Shown: positions 24,361-37,734, counted from the stretch's first letter. The stretch is DNA of 64,000 nucleotides from Chiloscyllium plagiosum (GCF_004010195.1 NC_057726.1:48344175-48408174), one strand, 5' to 3'. Notes: generated by a model not told the origin, from the letters alone. Translations and numbers: made by a program.

Positions 24361-24944
24361 TCCATCCACAATGCTCCCTTTGGAAGTGAACCATCCTTAT
24401 CAGCTTTTCTTTTGTGCTTCCCTTTCGCTATATCCTATAAAGGGCTATTCATTGCTGGTAGTGATTGAGCTGGGCTTTATAAATGGTCACAACAGTGGTC
24501 ACCTCAAGCCACCTATGTGAGCGCAGAGTGGTGCGTCTGTAATGGCGTGAGCAGTGGAGAATTGCAGCACAGAATTCACTGGAGCCCACAAAGGGAAAAC
24601 TTCTGTGAAACACCCTGAAATGGAAACTTAGCCGATTTGAAGGAAATTTCACCCCAGAGTTTCTGGCACATTTCCAGCCAAGGTATTTTAACCTGATGCA
24701 GAGATCATTTGCTCCTGGCTACAGCCTTCATAGTTGAGGGAATGTCAAAGAGCTAAAAGCAGAAATTGCTGGAACTATTCAGCATGTCAAGTCCCACCTG
24801 TGGAGAAGGAAGCATCACTTCAGATCATTGGTCTTTTGATCAGAGATACTAAAAGGCCGAGAACTTTTCACTCTGAAGTCTTTGAACATGCTGTTGCTCT
24901 CAGATCTGTGTTCGTCTTTCCTGAACTCCAATTCTGAATCCCCC

Positions 24945-26135
24945 TAATCAGTTTTCTGCTCCCTCTCATGGTACCAAAATGGTTCTTGTCAACGTTACAA
25001 ATCCTATGTGACAGTGACAAAGGTAAACTATCTTTCCTCATTCTTCTTGACCTATCTGGAGCCTTTGTTGTGATTGACCATATTGTCTGTCAACACTTCT
25101 TTACTGCCATTCATTGGCTGGGGCTGCATCTTTCTAGCTCCATTCTCATCTATTCAATCAGAGCCAGAGTATCGCCTGTAATGGCTCCTTTACCCATTCT
25201 TTCCCCGGTTACCCCAGTGACTTCAAAGAATCTATCATTTGCCTCCTCCCATTATCATATTCATGTGCCCCTTGATGACATAATCCAAAAGCACACCTTC
25301 AGTTCCCACACATGCACAGATATCATCAAACTCTACCTCACCATTTCCTCTCTTGAACCATCCCTCACCTCGAAATGGTCAGAATACTTGTCATACATTC
25401 AGTAAGGGAAAAACCAAAATTTCATCCAACTAAACATTGGGAGAGGTGAAGTCTTTGATTGTTTTGACTTTAACCACTGCCTCGATTCCCTTTGCCTGGC
25501 AATTGTTGGATGCTGAATTAGACTGTTTACAAACGTGGTGATGTATTTTAACCCAAAATAAAATTCATCATTGTAATATCACAAAGACTGCTAATTCCAC
25601 TTCTGTAATATTGCCCACCTCTGACCCTGTCTCAGTGCATGTTTCACCATCAAAAACCTTGAGCTTATCCAAAACTCTGCTGCCCTTGTCTGAACTCATA
25701 CCAATGTCTTTCACCCTATGTTTACTGATCTACAATTATTTCCAGTTAAACAATACTCAATTTTAATAAAGTCACCCCCTTGTGATCAAAATACCTCCAT
25801 TGTCTTGTCCCTATCTGACTCTAATTCTACCAGCCATGCAATCCTCTGAGATATCTGTGTATCTCCATTCCTGACTTCTTTAATGTATCTATTTTTGGTT
25901 GTTCTATCACTGGTGGTCATGCTTCAACTACTGATATCCTAAGCTCTGGAATTTCTTCCCTAAATCTCGCTGTTTCTCTTTCCTTATTAAGATTTAGTTC
26001 TTTCATCATTCCTTGGGTCATCTGCACTAATATCCCTTTTGTGATTGGTGTCAATTTTTGTTTCTGCACACCTGTGTAAAATGTGTTGAGATATTTTATT
26101 ACATTAAAGGTGTGACATAACTACATGTTGCTGTA
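24945..26135 (+). mobile_element. L2-clade LINE, 3' portion
   Basis: ORF 24968..25405 ILCDSDKGKLSFLILLDLSGAFVVIDH (LLDLSAAFDTVDH-like), followed by cttatccaaaactctgctgcc (LIQNSAA), ctctggaatttcttccctaaa (LWN.LP) and an L2-type tail. Confidence 0.85.
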
Positions 26136-26499
26136 TGAAATTGATCAGAGATTACATTGCCTTTGATTGTTTCTAGCATTACATGCATTAATTCTCTGGA
26201 ACTTCTCATTCCATACAGAATACTTCTTTGGAAAATTTACTAAATCCCATTTTATTTACTTTTTTGGTTTTGTCAATTTTCAAACTACTTGCATATTTTC
26301 TTACATTGGGACATATTTTTGTTATAAACTCGGAAAGTTGGTTAACTAGTCGAGGTATACCAGGGGTTGATTCAGGAATCCTAGAAAAAGAATAGAATGA
26401 CATTTTTGAACCCGTCAGAGCAAGGACAAAAACAGTCATGTGCTGGAATTTTCTACTGCCAGTTGCTATGCTGGCTTGTTAGCAAAGTTTCTCTTCCAG

Positions 26500-26710
26500 G
26501 CCATTTTTAAGAAGGCAGGACAAAGTTATGGGGAGAAAGTATGGGCTATATTGAAGAAAGAATGAGATAGATTTCTGGAAGCTAAAGGTGCTAAGAGTTA
26601 CGAGAAGAGAATGGAGCATGCTGTTATCACAGAGCATTAGCCATGATCATGTAAAATGATAGAATGGGTTGAATAGCCTACGCCTGCTCCAATTTTCTAT
26701 GTTTCTATTG
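26500..26710 (+). mobile_element. CR1 3' end
   Basis: gaatgagatagatttctgg..aaaggtgctaagagttacg...gaatagcctacgcctgctccaattttctatgtttctat. Confidence 0.7.
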
Positions 26711-27154
26711 ATACAACCAAAGAGGCTAATAAGGCCCCCCCTCTCCTACACCAAATGGTATTTTCCAGATGGCACGTAGTCCTCCTGAAACACAGCCAGA
26801 GCTACATTGCCCTGCTCATCTGAAACACTTCAACAACCAAGCCCAACACCCCATCCCCACCCTAGCCACTGCCAATGCTTACACCTTGAGGTGCCCTATC
26901 TGTCTTTCACCTGTATTGGCAAACTGAAAGTTTCTCAGTGATGGATGGACCTCTGTTAGCTATCCAACATCAGAAGACCATATGTTGCTTATTTGGTAAC
27001 AATTAAATGTTTATAATATTAACTGATGAATCTAACAAAAATTGCATTGTAGGGTCAGTACTCTGAAACGAATGCAGCGAGAGTGTATTGATCGCCAACT
27101 GAAATCCAATAATTCCACACAGAGTCGGGATTGCTGCATTTCCACAAAGCATAA

Positions 27155-28197
27155 ACAACAAGAACAAAAGAAATAGGAGCACAAGTCAGTCATTTAGTCT
27201 ATTGTGCCTGCTGTGCCATTTGATCAGGCCATGATTGTAGCCTTAACTCGACTGTCCCACCTACTGCCCACAATTCTCAACTACTTTGTCAATCTAAAAT
27301 CCACCGAGCTCTGCCTTGAATAAATTCGCCACCCAGCCTCCATTGATCTTTATGGAAGTCAGTTCCAAAGACTAACAGCCCTGTGAGAGAAGACATTCTC
27401 CTTCATTTCTGTGTTAAAGGGAGATCCCTTATTTTTAAAAAATGCTGACTGGTTCTACATTATCATGTGTGTGGAATATCCTCACAGCCAATGCTTTAGA
27501 AGAATACAGCGCAGTACAGGCCCTTCGGCCCTCGATCAAGGGGCTTTATCAAGTCCCTCAGAATGTTATATGTTTTAATAAGAAAACTTCTAATTTTTCT
27601 AATCTATTTAGGCACAATCTCATCATTTGATTCCAAGAATCGAGCTGGTCAACTTCCTCTGAAATGTTTGATATAAGAAGACAAAAAAAAACAGCCCCAG
27701 CCTTTTGAGCCTTTCCCTATGGCTCAAATCCTCCAATCCTGGCAACATCCTTGTAAATCTTTTCTGAACCCTTTCAAGTTTCACAACATCATTCTGATTG
27801 GAAGGAGACCAGAATTGCATGCAATATTCCAATAGTGGCCAAACCAATATCCTCTACAGGTGTAACATGACCTCCCAACTCCTGTACTCAATACTCTGAC
27901 CAATAAAGGAAAGCATATCAAACGCCTTCTTCACTATCCTATCTACCTACGACTCTACTTTCAAGGAGCTATGAACCTGCACTCCAAGTCTCTTTGTTCA
28001 GCAACACTCCCTAGGATCTTACCATTAAGTGTATAAGTCCTGCTAAGATTTGCTTTCCCAAAATGCAGCACTTCGCGTTTATCTAAATTAAACTCCATCT
28101 GTCACTCCTCAGCCCATTGGCCCATCTGATCAAGATCTTGTTGTAACCTGAGGTAACCGTCTTCGCTGTCCACTACACCTCCAATTTTGGTGTCATT
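27155..28197 (-). mobile_element. Two adjacent CR1 fragments (older 3' end about 27155-27680, younger ORF2 piece about 27690-28197)
   Basis: ORF 27623..27847 WPLLEYCMQFWSPSNQNDVVKLERVQKRFTRMLPGLEDLS. Very similar to 51600-52110. Confidence 0.88.
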
Positions 28198-28958
28198 TCT
28201 GAGTTAACTTCCACTTTCTCAGCAAGGTCAAGCCACGGTAAATAAGTTCCCTGGAACTTTTCCACTGGAATTGGAATGAATACAAAATACACAGAGAATT
28301 GTAGGAGCAGCAGGTCTTAAGGAGTTATTGATCTATTTGAAAATAGCTTATAAAGTTGGCTGAATTGAAAAGCATCGTTGCAAATTGACAAACTTGCAAC
28401 CACCCCATTGATGAATGATGCTTGGATATTCTAATGAAATAGGTGTAACAGAGGAGGGTAGCTTTAATTGGAGGTTATCAGTATTTTTATCAGAACTACA
28501 ATGTGCAACGTTCATTAAATACTGCTTTGATGACAGATCAGAAATCATTACTTTTACACTTAATTTCAAAAACATATTTTTCTTTTAAGAAAAGAGCACT
28601 ACTGCAGAAAAGAAAAGCAGCAGACGTAAATTCAGTGAGTATCAAAGTCCTGTATGAAGCCCGTGGAATGTAACACCTGTTAATTGTGATGAAAATGTCA
28701 AACATGGAAAGACTTAAGGAGAGAAAACAGGAAGGCTGACTATATATACTGTAAGCAGAAAGTCAAATTATTCAGACATGTCTGGTTTACCCTCCAAGGA
28801 TATACAAAAAAGGCTAAAAATGTCTGCAGTACTTATCTATGTGCATTATTGATCAGACAGCTTAATATGTGCCAAAGTGCTTTGAATGCCATCACTTTGA
28901 AAAAAGCTACTTTAAACACCCCCACACTGCAAGTAAAATAAAAGTAAATTTTCAGCCC

Positions 28959-29018
28959 CTCTCTCTCTCTCTTTCTCTCTCTTTTTCTCTCTCTCTCTCT
29001 CTCACACACACACTCTCT
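28959..29018. repeat. (CT)n(CA)n compound microsatellite
   Basis: Directly visible. Confidence 0.95.
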
Positions 29019-29024
29019 GAATGT

Positions 29025-29283
29025 TAAAAATCACACAACACCAGGTTATAGTCCAACAGGTTTAATTGGATTCCTAAAGAAGGGCTTATGCCCGAAACGT
29101 CGATTCTCCTGTTCCTTGGATGCTGCCTGACCTGCTGCACTTTTCCAGCAACACATTTTCAGGTTTAATTGGAAGCACACTAGCTTTCGGAGCGACATTG
29201 TGTGATTGTGTGATTTTTAACTTTGGTGTTGTGTGATTTTTAACTTTGTACACCCCAGTCCAACACCAGCATCTCCAAATCTA
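29025..29283. mobile_element. Fold-back Penelope-like insertion (family C) containing a nested family A fragment (29071-29159)
   Basis: Arms aaaaatcacacaacacca / tggtgttgtgtgattttt with tgaatgtt on both flanks. The nested piece has TSD caggtttaattgga (29057-29070, 29160-29173) and a hammerhead-like CTAAAGA-AGGGCTTATGCCC-GAAACGTC. Confidence 0.8.
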
Positions 29284-29811
29284 TGAATGTTGATATTCAG
29301 GCACAGTTTAGAGGTATCAAAACAACAGAATTTCTGCCAACTTACAAAACCAAGAATCTCAAAATCCTCTGTTGAACTGCCAACATCTACACTGCTAGTT
29401 CCATTTAATATTGGTCATAACATCAACTTCACTGTTCTTCATGAACAATTCAGAGTCTCATCCATAAATCCTATTTTTTTCACTTTTATCTTTTTGAACT
29501 CATGTCTTATATTCTACTCCATGTGCATGCATGTTGCATTCCCACTTTTTCTTGAGTTTGGTAATTAATAAGTTCACTCTTTTTGTTTGTTCAAGGAAAC
29601 CCACTTACCTTGGCTCCTTTAAAAACACAAATTCGTTTGAGTTTAAGATATGTATCTTGAAGAGAATGTATCCACTTCAGATTAATTTTCTTCTGGGGCT
29701 AGGGGTGGCATTGTGTAAATAAGCACATTTGTCCCCCATCGCCTGGGAACTTATCGATTTGAGGTATCCTGTCTGGAACTGTTACAATTTGGGGAACTTT
29801 GTCCAGAATCT

Positions 29812-30063
29812 GATCATAGAGTCATTTAGTCAAAGAGATGTACAGCACGGAAACAGACCTTTCGGTCTGATTCATCCATGCCGACCTGATATCCCAAGCC
29901 AATCTAGTCCCACCTGCCAGTACCTGGCCCATATCCCTCTAAACCCTTCCTATTCATGTACCCATCCAGATACCTTTTAAATGTTACAATTGTATCAGTC
30001 TCCACCACTTCCTCTGGCAGCCCATTCCACACACGCACCACCCTCTGTGTGAAAAACAGTTGT
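29812..30063 (-). mobile_element. CR1 3' end (young)
   Basis: catagagtca...gagatgtacagcacggaaacagacc...ctccaccacttcctctggcagc, very similar to 52747-52990. Confidence 0.9.
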
Positions 30064-30399
30064 CATAACAATACTGACGAAAAACTATTAGTCTAATGAA
30101 GAGTTGTCCACTTTGCCAATCTATTTGTTATAAAGTGAGTTATGCGTTTGTTTGATACTGCATCGAGTTACATAGCAGCTGGTCATTCCACCCAACTGGT
30201 CAAAAATGCATGCTGGGATTTATGCTCCAAACCATTCTACCTCCATACTGCATTTAAACCCATCCGCGTTTTTCTATTCTCTAATCCTCTCTCCCTACGT
30301 ACTCATTTAACTTCTTATTCAGCATTTTCTGAATATTTTGTGCAATTTCAGCAATGTCTTTTGTGGTGGAATCAGCAATGTCATGAACACGACTTTGAT

Positions 30400-30706
30400 G
30401 GCCTTGTGGTACTGTTGCTAGATTATTAATCCAGAGAGCCAGGTAATGTTCTGTGATCATGGGTCAAATCCTACCATGGTGGAATTTGAATTCAATAAAA
30501 ATCTGGAATTAGGAATCTTCTGACAACTGTTGTTGATTGTCAGGGAAAATCCATACAGTTCACTAATGCCCTTTAGGGAGGAAAATTGCTACCATTACCT
30601 GATCCAGTTCTACAGGTTACCCTAAACTGACGTTTGGAAATTACAGATGGGTAATAAATGCTGATCCATGCAATGACACTGACATCCCATGAAATAATCA
30701 AAAAAC
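30400..30706 (+). mobile_element. tRNA-derived shark SINE (second family)
   Basis: gtggtactgttgctagattattaatccagag...gggtcaaatcctaccatgg..gaatttgaattcaataaaaatctggaatt...aataaatgctg...catcccatgaa tail. Confidence 0.8.
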
Positions 30707-33499
30707 CCTATTCACTCACTGCAGCTGACCCATTTTATGTACAATCGCCTACAGTAGAAAATGTGGCAATAATCCTCTACCCTATTTCTCTCATCAGCAT
30801 ATCTACTGCTAGATCAGTAACTCAGGGAACTCATGGACACTTAAATTCAGGGCAATAAATTAATAATGTAGCCAAACATTTATATATCAATAACATTTTT
30901 CGCTTTGACTTTGCTGCAAAGCTTTACATCTCAGAAGCCACACAGCAATATCCTATAGCTCAAAGAGTCAACTCCAGATAAATACTTTCATTGCATGTCA
31001 TGAACTCACTGAAGATATATAATTAAGGCAGGAGATCCAGCAGAGTCAGACATATCTGGTTCTGTGAACTCAAAGCCCATTGTACTTAATACCACTTAAC
31101 TGGTTAATACTGTGTAAAATGGGTCCTTGGAATAAATTCAAAGCACTTCACTGATCGAAGCATGTTGAAGTTCAGCAGTTGATGTTATCACAATTTTCTG
31201 ACCAGTTACCTGCTGTGTTCAAGGCTTCAATAGTAGCACGCAACCTCAGATCATTTCCCCTTCAGTGTATACAGACTCTGCAATAAGCTACTTAATTCAG
31301 CTGCAATGGCTCTAAAATGATCCATTCAAGGTGGTAAATCAGTTTCTTTTAAATGTGAGGTGATCTTTTCACAAAGGTAATGAACCCATTTTGTCAACAT
31401 CACTAAACAACATTAGATATTTCTAAAATGGCTATGGTGCTTGACACATAAACCTGAAGAAGATTAACAGTAAATTTGCTGAAACCTTTGTTCGAAAATT
31501 CAACCCAGATTTGATCAGCTTTAGATTACAAGATAACTTGTGTAATATATCAAACCATAACCACACAGTGTCTGGAAAAAATATAGCATTTCTCTTTAGA
31601 CTGGATTCATTTAATGCAGAGTTAATAAAATTATGCTGGAATAAATACTCTTTCCCTTTATCTCTGATAATTTAAAGCAAATATTCCATTCGTCTTAAGT
31701 TTCTGCTCCCAATTTAAATTAGCCTGCCAAATGGAAACCAATGTATCTATTATTCCTCGGCTACAAAGTACAACTGGCCTTGCAGTTAGCTATTACAGTT
31801 AGAATTCATCAAAATTCCAGGATTAAACTCTTGCGTGGTAATTAACTGGAAATATATTTGGAAAAACAGTTAATATTGCTGCACATGTGTCTAATTTTGA
31901 CTTTTTTTTTGCTTGCATGAAGTATGCAGACACATCCTTCTAAAAAATGTACAGCATTCAAGAGTTCTAAAAATAAATTACACAGGAGGGAAAAATGACT
32001 TAAAGGATGCTAAACAGAGGAAGAGAGGTGCAAGATGGGAGAAATATAATTCCAAACATCTGAGATTCTGTGGAGATATGAAAAGAAGAAGTGGATAAAA
32101 ATAGTGCACCATATGAATAATTGAGCAATCACATTAAATACTCAAATCCCCAATTAAAAAAACTGTTTAGTTTCAAAGGATTGTGTGACTGAAGTAAACA
32201 ACAGATAAATATTTCTTCATTATCAACTACTCAGAAGAATTAGAAAATTCTATTCCAGTTATATTTTGCAATGAAATGCAAATATATTCCAGGTCTGCTC
32301 CAAATGTTAAAATAGATGAATTTAAATTCCATTTAAATTATAGTCATTCTTTTCTATGTATATAATATGACAGAGCTGTTTTGCATGTCTGTCCTTACTT
32401 TTAAACACAGAGGATGAAATGCTCTTCAGGCATGGTCGTAGCAAAAACATTTCAGCAGAAACACTTCTTTCACGAGTTGCAAAATAATCTGGGGAATTAT
32501 TTACTGAAAGAGCTCCATATGTGGTTCCAGCCTGTGTGGTTTCCATTTTAAAGCCTTTGTTATATATATGCAGCAAATGTCTTAGTGAAGATCTGGTTCC
32601 AAAGGCCTTTCTGAAAAAGTTTGTTTTTTATGGAATGAACAATGAGATTTGGTCCATTATTCTGCTGGCTATTAACAATCAGCCTGGCGTTCTTTACTCT
32701 GGAAAATGCAAGGCCAAATAGTAACTCAATTGACATGTTAAAATCATGAAGGGATTTAACAGGACAAATATAGGGATGAAGTTTTTATTTAGGAATAGAC
32801 CAAAATTAGGGGTCATAAATATGAGCTGGTCACAAGTAAATCCCTGAAGCAATTCAGAACAAACTACTTTACTCAGAGAGTACGGTCAACTCTCAACCAC
32901 ATGTGGTAGTGGCAAGTGGAACAGATGTTTTCAATGTGCATGAAAATGAATTTGCAATCCAATTGAAAACGATAAACAGGCTCTCAAAGCTGAAGATCCA
33001 ATCAGCGATCATACAGCTTGAAAGGAGCAGCAGACTGTAATGGAAAGTGAGCATGCTTCATAACAGAAACAGTCACTTTCCAACATTTTAACAAATCTTC
33101 AATGTAAAAATGGCCTTTACATCCACAATGGCAATATTGATGGGGTGAGACCTCCTCAACATGGCAGCCAGTGGCTATTCCTGCATCAAAGCAGACTGAG
33201 GTGTCTTCTGGAGTACTGGCTCCTTAGCCTTCTTCCACGACACCCCCGCCAGGATATTCACTTAGCCCTAGCTGTCTGCAGCGAGCTAACAGCTGATTGG
33301 AAATTCCGAGTCAACTTTAATTGGTAACAATTCAGCCTTAATGAGCCATGATGGTTACCCACTGAATTTGGATGGGTACAGACTTCACTCTTCTTGATCC
33401 TGTCTTTACAAAATTTGAGATGAGATGGAGGCGGGTATCTGCTGTTTCACCCACTCTAACCCTGACCTTGATAGGACCCAAAATTTCAGTCCTCTGAAG

Positions 33500-33995
33500 T
33501 TATAGGGTCATCGAGTCTTAGAGCATGGAGACAGACGCTTCAGCCCAAACTGGTCCATGCTGACCAAACTGTCCATCCATGCTAACCCCATTTCCCTGCA
33601 CTTGGTCCATATCCTTCATATCCTTTCCTACCCATGTACCTGTCCAACTGCCTTTTAAATGTTGTTAATGTACCCGTCTCAACCAGTTCCACTGGCAGCT
33701 CATTTGTCTGTGTAAAAACGTTGTCCCTCAGGTTCCCTTTTATTCTTTCGCCTCTAGTCCTCCTTAAACTGATGCCCTCTAGTCCTCAATTCCCCAATCC
33801 TGGGAAAAAGACTGAGTGCATTCACCCTATCCATGCCTCTCATGATCTTATACACTTCTATAATATCCTCCCTCAATCTCCTATGCTCAGAAGAAAAAAG
33901 TCCCAGCTTCTCCCTATAACTCAGACCATTCAGTCCTGGCAACATCCTTGTAAATTTCGTCTGCACTCTTTCCAGTTCAATAACATCCTTCTAAT
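33500..33995 (-). mobile_element. CR1 3' part
   Basis: ORF 33754..33966 FTRMLPGLNGLSYREKLGLFSSEHRRLREDIIEVYKIMRGMDRV..RTRGHQFK. Confidence 0.9.
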
Positions 33996-35075
33996 TTAAA
34001 CATTTAATTGACAGCCAACTCAGTTTGTCATTTAGTCTGGCTTCTACTCTGTTTCAAATGCATGTCAAAACTGCTTATATTTTATTTGGTAGCTTTCAGC
34101 TTTTGAATTATACATTTGCTGCTATTTTACTTTCACTAATTGTGATGTTGGACTGGCATACAAAATGTTGCTCACAAATCATGATGCAGGAGGATAGAAT
34201 AAACCTTACAGGAAATTTACATCATAGAAAATATTTTGTCTGAAACTGGTGATCTGGACACACCTTGGTGATCAAAATTGCATTTGTTTACCAAATTGAT
34301 TTTTCGATTCTAGTTTCTGCTCAAATTGATTCAAATATTTATAAATGCAAAATCTTCTACAAATCAATGCAATGGGCTTATATTTTAGAAAATGTTTGCT
34401 TTAACTTTTAAAAAATCCTATTTAATATATTTAATAGTGGGAAGTTGGTGCAATTTTATTAAAGAGCTGGAAATTTCTTTATCACAAAAATAACTGACTT
34501 TAATAAGTGGTCAAACCCTACTTGAGTGTGACTCGATTTTATAAAATCATTAACATTGAACTATTTACTAGCTTCATTGGTATACTTAGCAAATGTGATC
34601 CATTAGCTTCTTAATTGAATTAATTATTTTTAACAAGTCTCTATTAGTGCCCTTCTGCATAAATGGGTCAGGAGATCAGATCCCATTCTCCTGCCTGTAC
34701 TTACATGCAGCAGTTAACAGTGGTCTGAGTGAGAAACAGCAGGGATGGGGAGGGAATTAGTGTTCAGTACAGTAGGCTTCATCCATTAATTTTTTTGCAA
34801 TGGCCCCACTTCCCAAAAAGTCCAGTCAGGAGTTCAGTAAGTACTCTAATTGCCAGCAGCAGCGCTAATCAAAAGCATGTAACAACTTTAACAACATCTC
34901 ATTTCCAAAAGCCAACTGTACCAGAGCAGTTCTTGCATTTCCCAAACCAGATTTCTTTCCTTCGGGAGTCTCTAGAAAAGTATTAACAATTCAATGATAT
35001 GTTGTGCTTACTTATGGATCTCTGCCAACCAGCAATCGTTGAGACTGTTTGGATTCAGCCAGCACCGAGAGAAGA

Positions 35076-35774
35076 TTTTCATACTGTCAATCTAGCTAGG
35101 ATTCAAATATAGGTGCTCTGCTATGCTGTGCTATGTGGTCAATAATTAATAGGATCCTATGTAATGGGCAGGTGACTTGTTGAAACAAGTGGTTTATCAC
35201 TTAGATCCACTTAGAGAAATGAAGACTTTCGCTGCCTGGGGGACTTTTTGTACAAACCTATAGCATTCAGGCAGCAAATTATGTTACAAGCAGGAAGAGT
35301 TTAAACTTGTGGGATGTTATGCTTTTCCTAATCACATTCCATTAACATGCAGGTCTGGACCCAGTAGACCAATTCTGGGTGGTTGTTTCACAAACTAAAT
35401 TCTCAATAGAGAAGGTAAGATGCTTATCAATAATTGCACAAGAGAATTGGAATAAATTGGTGCTAATTCACTGAACCATTCATTGCCCTGACTGTACGCT
35501 TTTAAATATTAAATAATAGATTGGTTCTAGCATATGTTCAGTTTTACAAATACATAAAAATTTGCCTTTAGAATAATTTCCGAGAAACAGCTCTACACCT
35601 ATGCAACAACGTCTTCAGAAATAATGTAATTTATTATATAAAACTTTCACCCTATTAATCTTGCTCGGACTCAAACATAGGTCCTAAAGCAAATATGGTG
35701 CTCTGCTATGCTGTGCTATCTGGTCAATAATTAATAATTAAAAGGGCAGGTGATTTGTTGAAACAAGTAGTTTA
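35076..35774. repeat. Diverged direct repeat of about 120 bp (35076-35196 and 35644-35774)
   Basis: ggtgctctgctatgctgtgctat.tggtcaataattaata...gggcaggtga.ttgttgaaacaagt.gttta occurs twice about 580 bp apart. Confidence 0.85.
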
Positions 35775-35844
35775 GAGTGATTTAGTGATTTACAAGTAAA
35801 CTTACGGTTTTCTACAATAAAAGGTTGAATTATTATTATACACA

Positions 35845-36150
35845 GCGTGTGGATATTGCCCATCCTTAATTGCCCAGTGGGCAGTTAAGAGTCAGTCACA
35901 CTGAAATGGATCGGCAGTCACATGTAGGTCAGACCTGGTAAGAGAGCTGTTTTCTTCCTAAAAAACCTGAGTAAAGAAGATAAGCTATTCTTGACAATCA
36001 TTTCATAGTCATCATAAGACTCTTAATCCCAGATTTTTATTGAATTCAAATTCCATCATTTGCCATGGTGCGATTCAAACTCTCATTTCCAGAACATTAC
36101 CTGGGTCTCTACATTAGTAGGTCTAGGAACTAATTCACGAGGCCATTGTC
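35845..36150 (-). mobile_element. tRNA-derived shark SINE (second family)
   Basis: Reverse complement of the 30400 copy: ccagatttttattgaattcaaattcca..tgccatggtgcgattcaaac..agaacattacctggg. Confidence 0.8.
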
Positions 36151-36346
36151 TTCCTAGCTTTCTAATTTCATGGAAGTTGTTTTGAAATTGATAACTGAAA
36201 TTCAATTTACAGCAAATAAAAACATTTTTTTTTGTTTTATAGTATATTTTCCTTGGATAAGTTCACAAATGGTACAATTATAGTCCAAGTTATTCAACAG
36301 AGTTGCAATTCATTTATTACTATTAATTTATCCTGAACATTTAAAC

Positions 36347-36550
36347 ATTTCCAAAATGTTTGATTGTCAGATTACCTCTTCTTACTTTCAGTATCAGTTT
36401 TATTTGTGGTATTTCAAAGGTTGATGTTGGGCCGAAGGGCCTGTTTCCACACTGTAAGTAATCTAATCTAAAATTTCCAAAATGTTTGATTGTCAGATTA
36501 CCTCTTCTTACTTTCAGTATCAGTTTTATTTGTGGTATTTCAAAGGTTGA
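36347..36550 (+). repeat. Perfect 78-bp direct duplication flanking a 48-bp HE1 3' tail
   Basis: 36347-36424 is identical to 36473-36550. Insert 36425-36472 is tgttgggccgaagggcctgtttccacactgtaagtaatctaatctaaa. Confidence 0.95.
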
Positions 36551-37734
36551 GAAAGATGCATCTGGGAGTTTGCTTCACAATGGCGGTGGTATTATATAAG
36601 ATAATGGTTCTCAAGGGGTTAATTTTCATATTACATTGGCTCCACCCATTCTACTGAGAGACAGGGAGTTCAACTCTAGCTTTCAGAAAGCACAGATGTA
36701 TCTATTCCAACTCTATAAGGTCCTAGTAATTATGCCTAACCAAAAGTAGTTGTACTGATAGATAACAAGAAGATTTATAGCATTTTAGCAAAGGACAGTG
36801 CCTTGCCTGCAGATATTCTATCATGGCATATATTCTACAGTTAATCATCAGATAGGCTCCAGACATTACAACAGAGAATTCATAGAAATGAAGTACTTCA
36901 AACAGCCTTCATCCAGTAGCATAGAGTCAAGGTGTCAAATACCACAAGGTGACAGCATTGGTCATCTGGAGAAAAACCACAAGCTTTTTCATTTTCCTTC
37001 AGCAAGATTGAAAGTACAGTCGATTATTGCAAGGTATAAAGTGGTTTCTGTGCTTTTGGTACATTGGACACTCAGGCAAAAGGAAGAAGGTAAGTGTTGG
37101 TAGTGTACATGTCAGCTCCCCCACCAGGTGCTAATCTCTCTGAATAAGTATCAAGATAGTGATTATCCGACCTTGATTTTTGCATTTTAAAGAGACCTTC
37201 ATTTGGCTGAAGGATAGGCTTGAAGAAGCTGTCAGGATCTTGCTCGTAAAGGTTGAGTGATGGACATGTGGGAATTTTAAATGTAGGGTCTTGTCAATTC
37301 AATAATAAGGACTTAATTGTTCTTCAATGGTAGATTATTAGATTTAAAGTGTGATTAAGTCAAACAGCAGTATATGAATCTAAGAATGTTCTCTCCAAGG
37401 CTCTGAAAGTCCACAATATGAATTATGCAGCCAGACCAATTGGTCACTACACAAACATTTATTTGCACATGAATATTTTGGGGTTAAAAACCCTTCTTGG
37501 GGTGATGGAAACATTAGGTATCAGATCAGCCAAACATTGTACATGGTGTTTTGATATTGTTGTAGCCAAATCTTGTCGATGGTATAAAGAGAGGTAGGAA
37601 AACAAATTTGAGAACATAAAGTGTAGAATATAATCAGAAGACATTAGGACCGGAAATAGTAACCAGAATGGGAGTTGCAATGAAAATGTACATCATATGT
37701 GTGTTGAAAGTCGCCATGGTACTACTCTATTATT

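Larger units (their letters stand above)
28669..29809 (+). mobile_element. LTR (TGTAACA...TGTTACA) followed by a degenerate tRNA-Pro-like primer binding site; internal region absent
   Basis: 7-bp terminal inverted repeat TGTAACA (28669-28675) / TGTTACA (29780-29786), then tggggaactttgtccagaat (29790-29809), resembling the tRNA-Pro PBS TGGGGGCTCGTCCGGGAT. Confidence 0.6.

Noticed and set aside
31209..31276. Exon-like segment with CAG|GTAACT on the minus strand
   Set aside because: Stops in all three frames and a weak acceptor.
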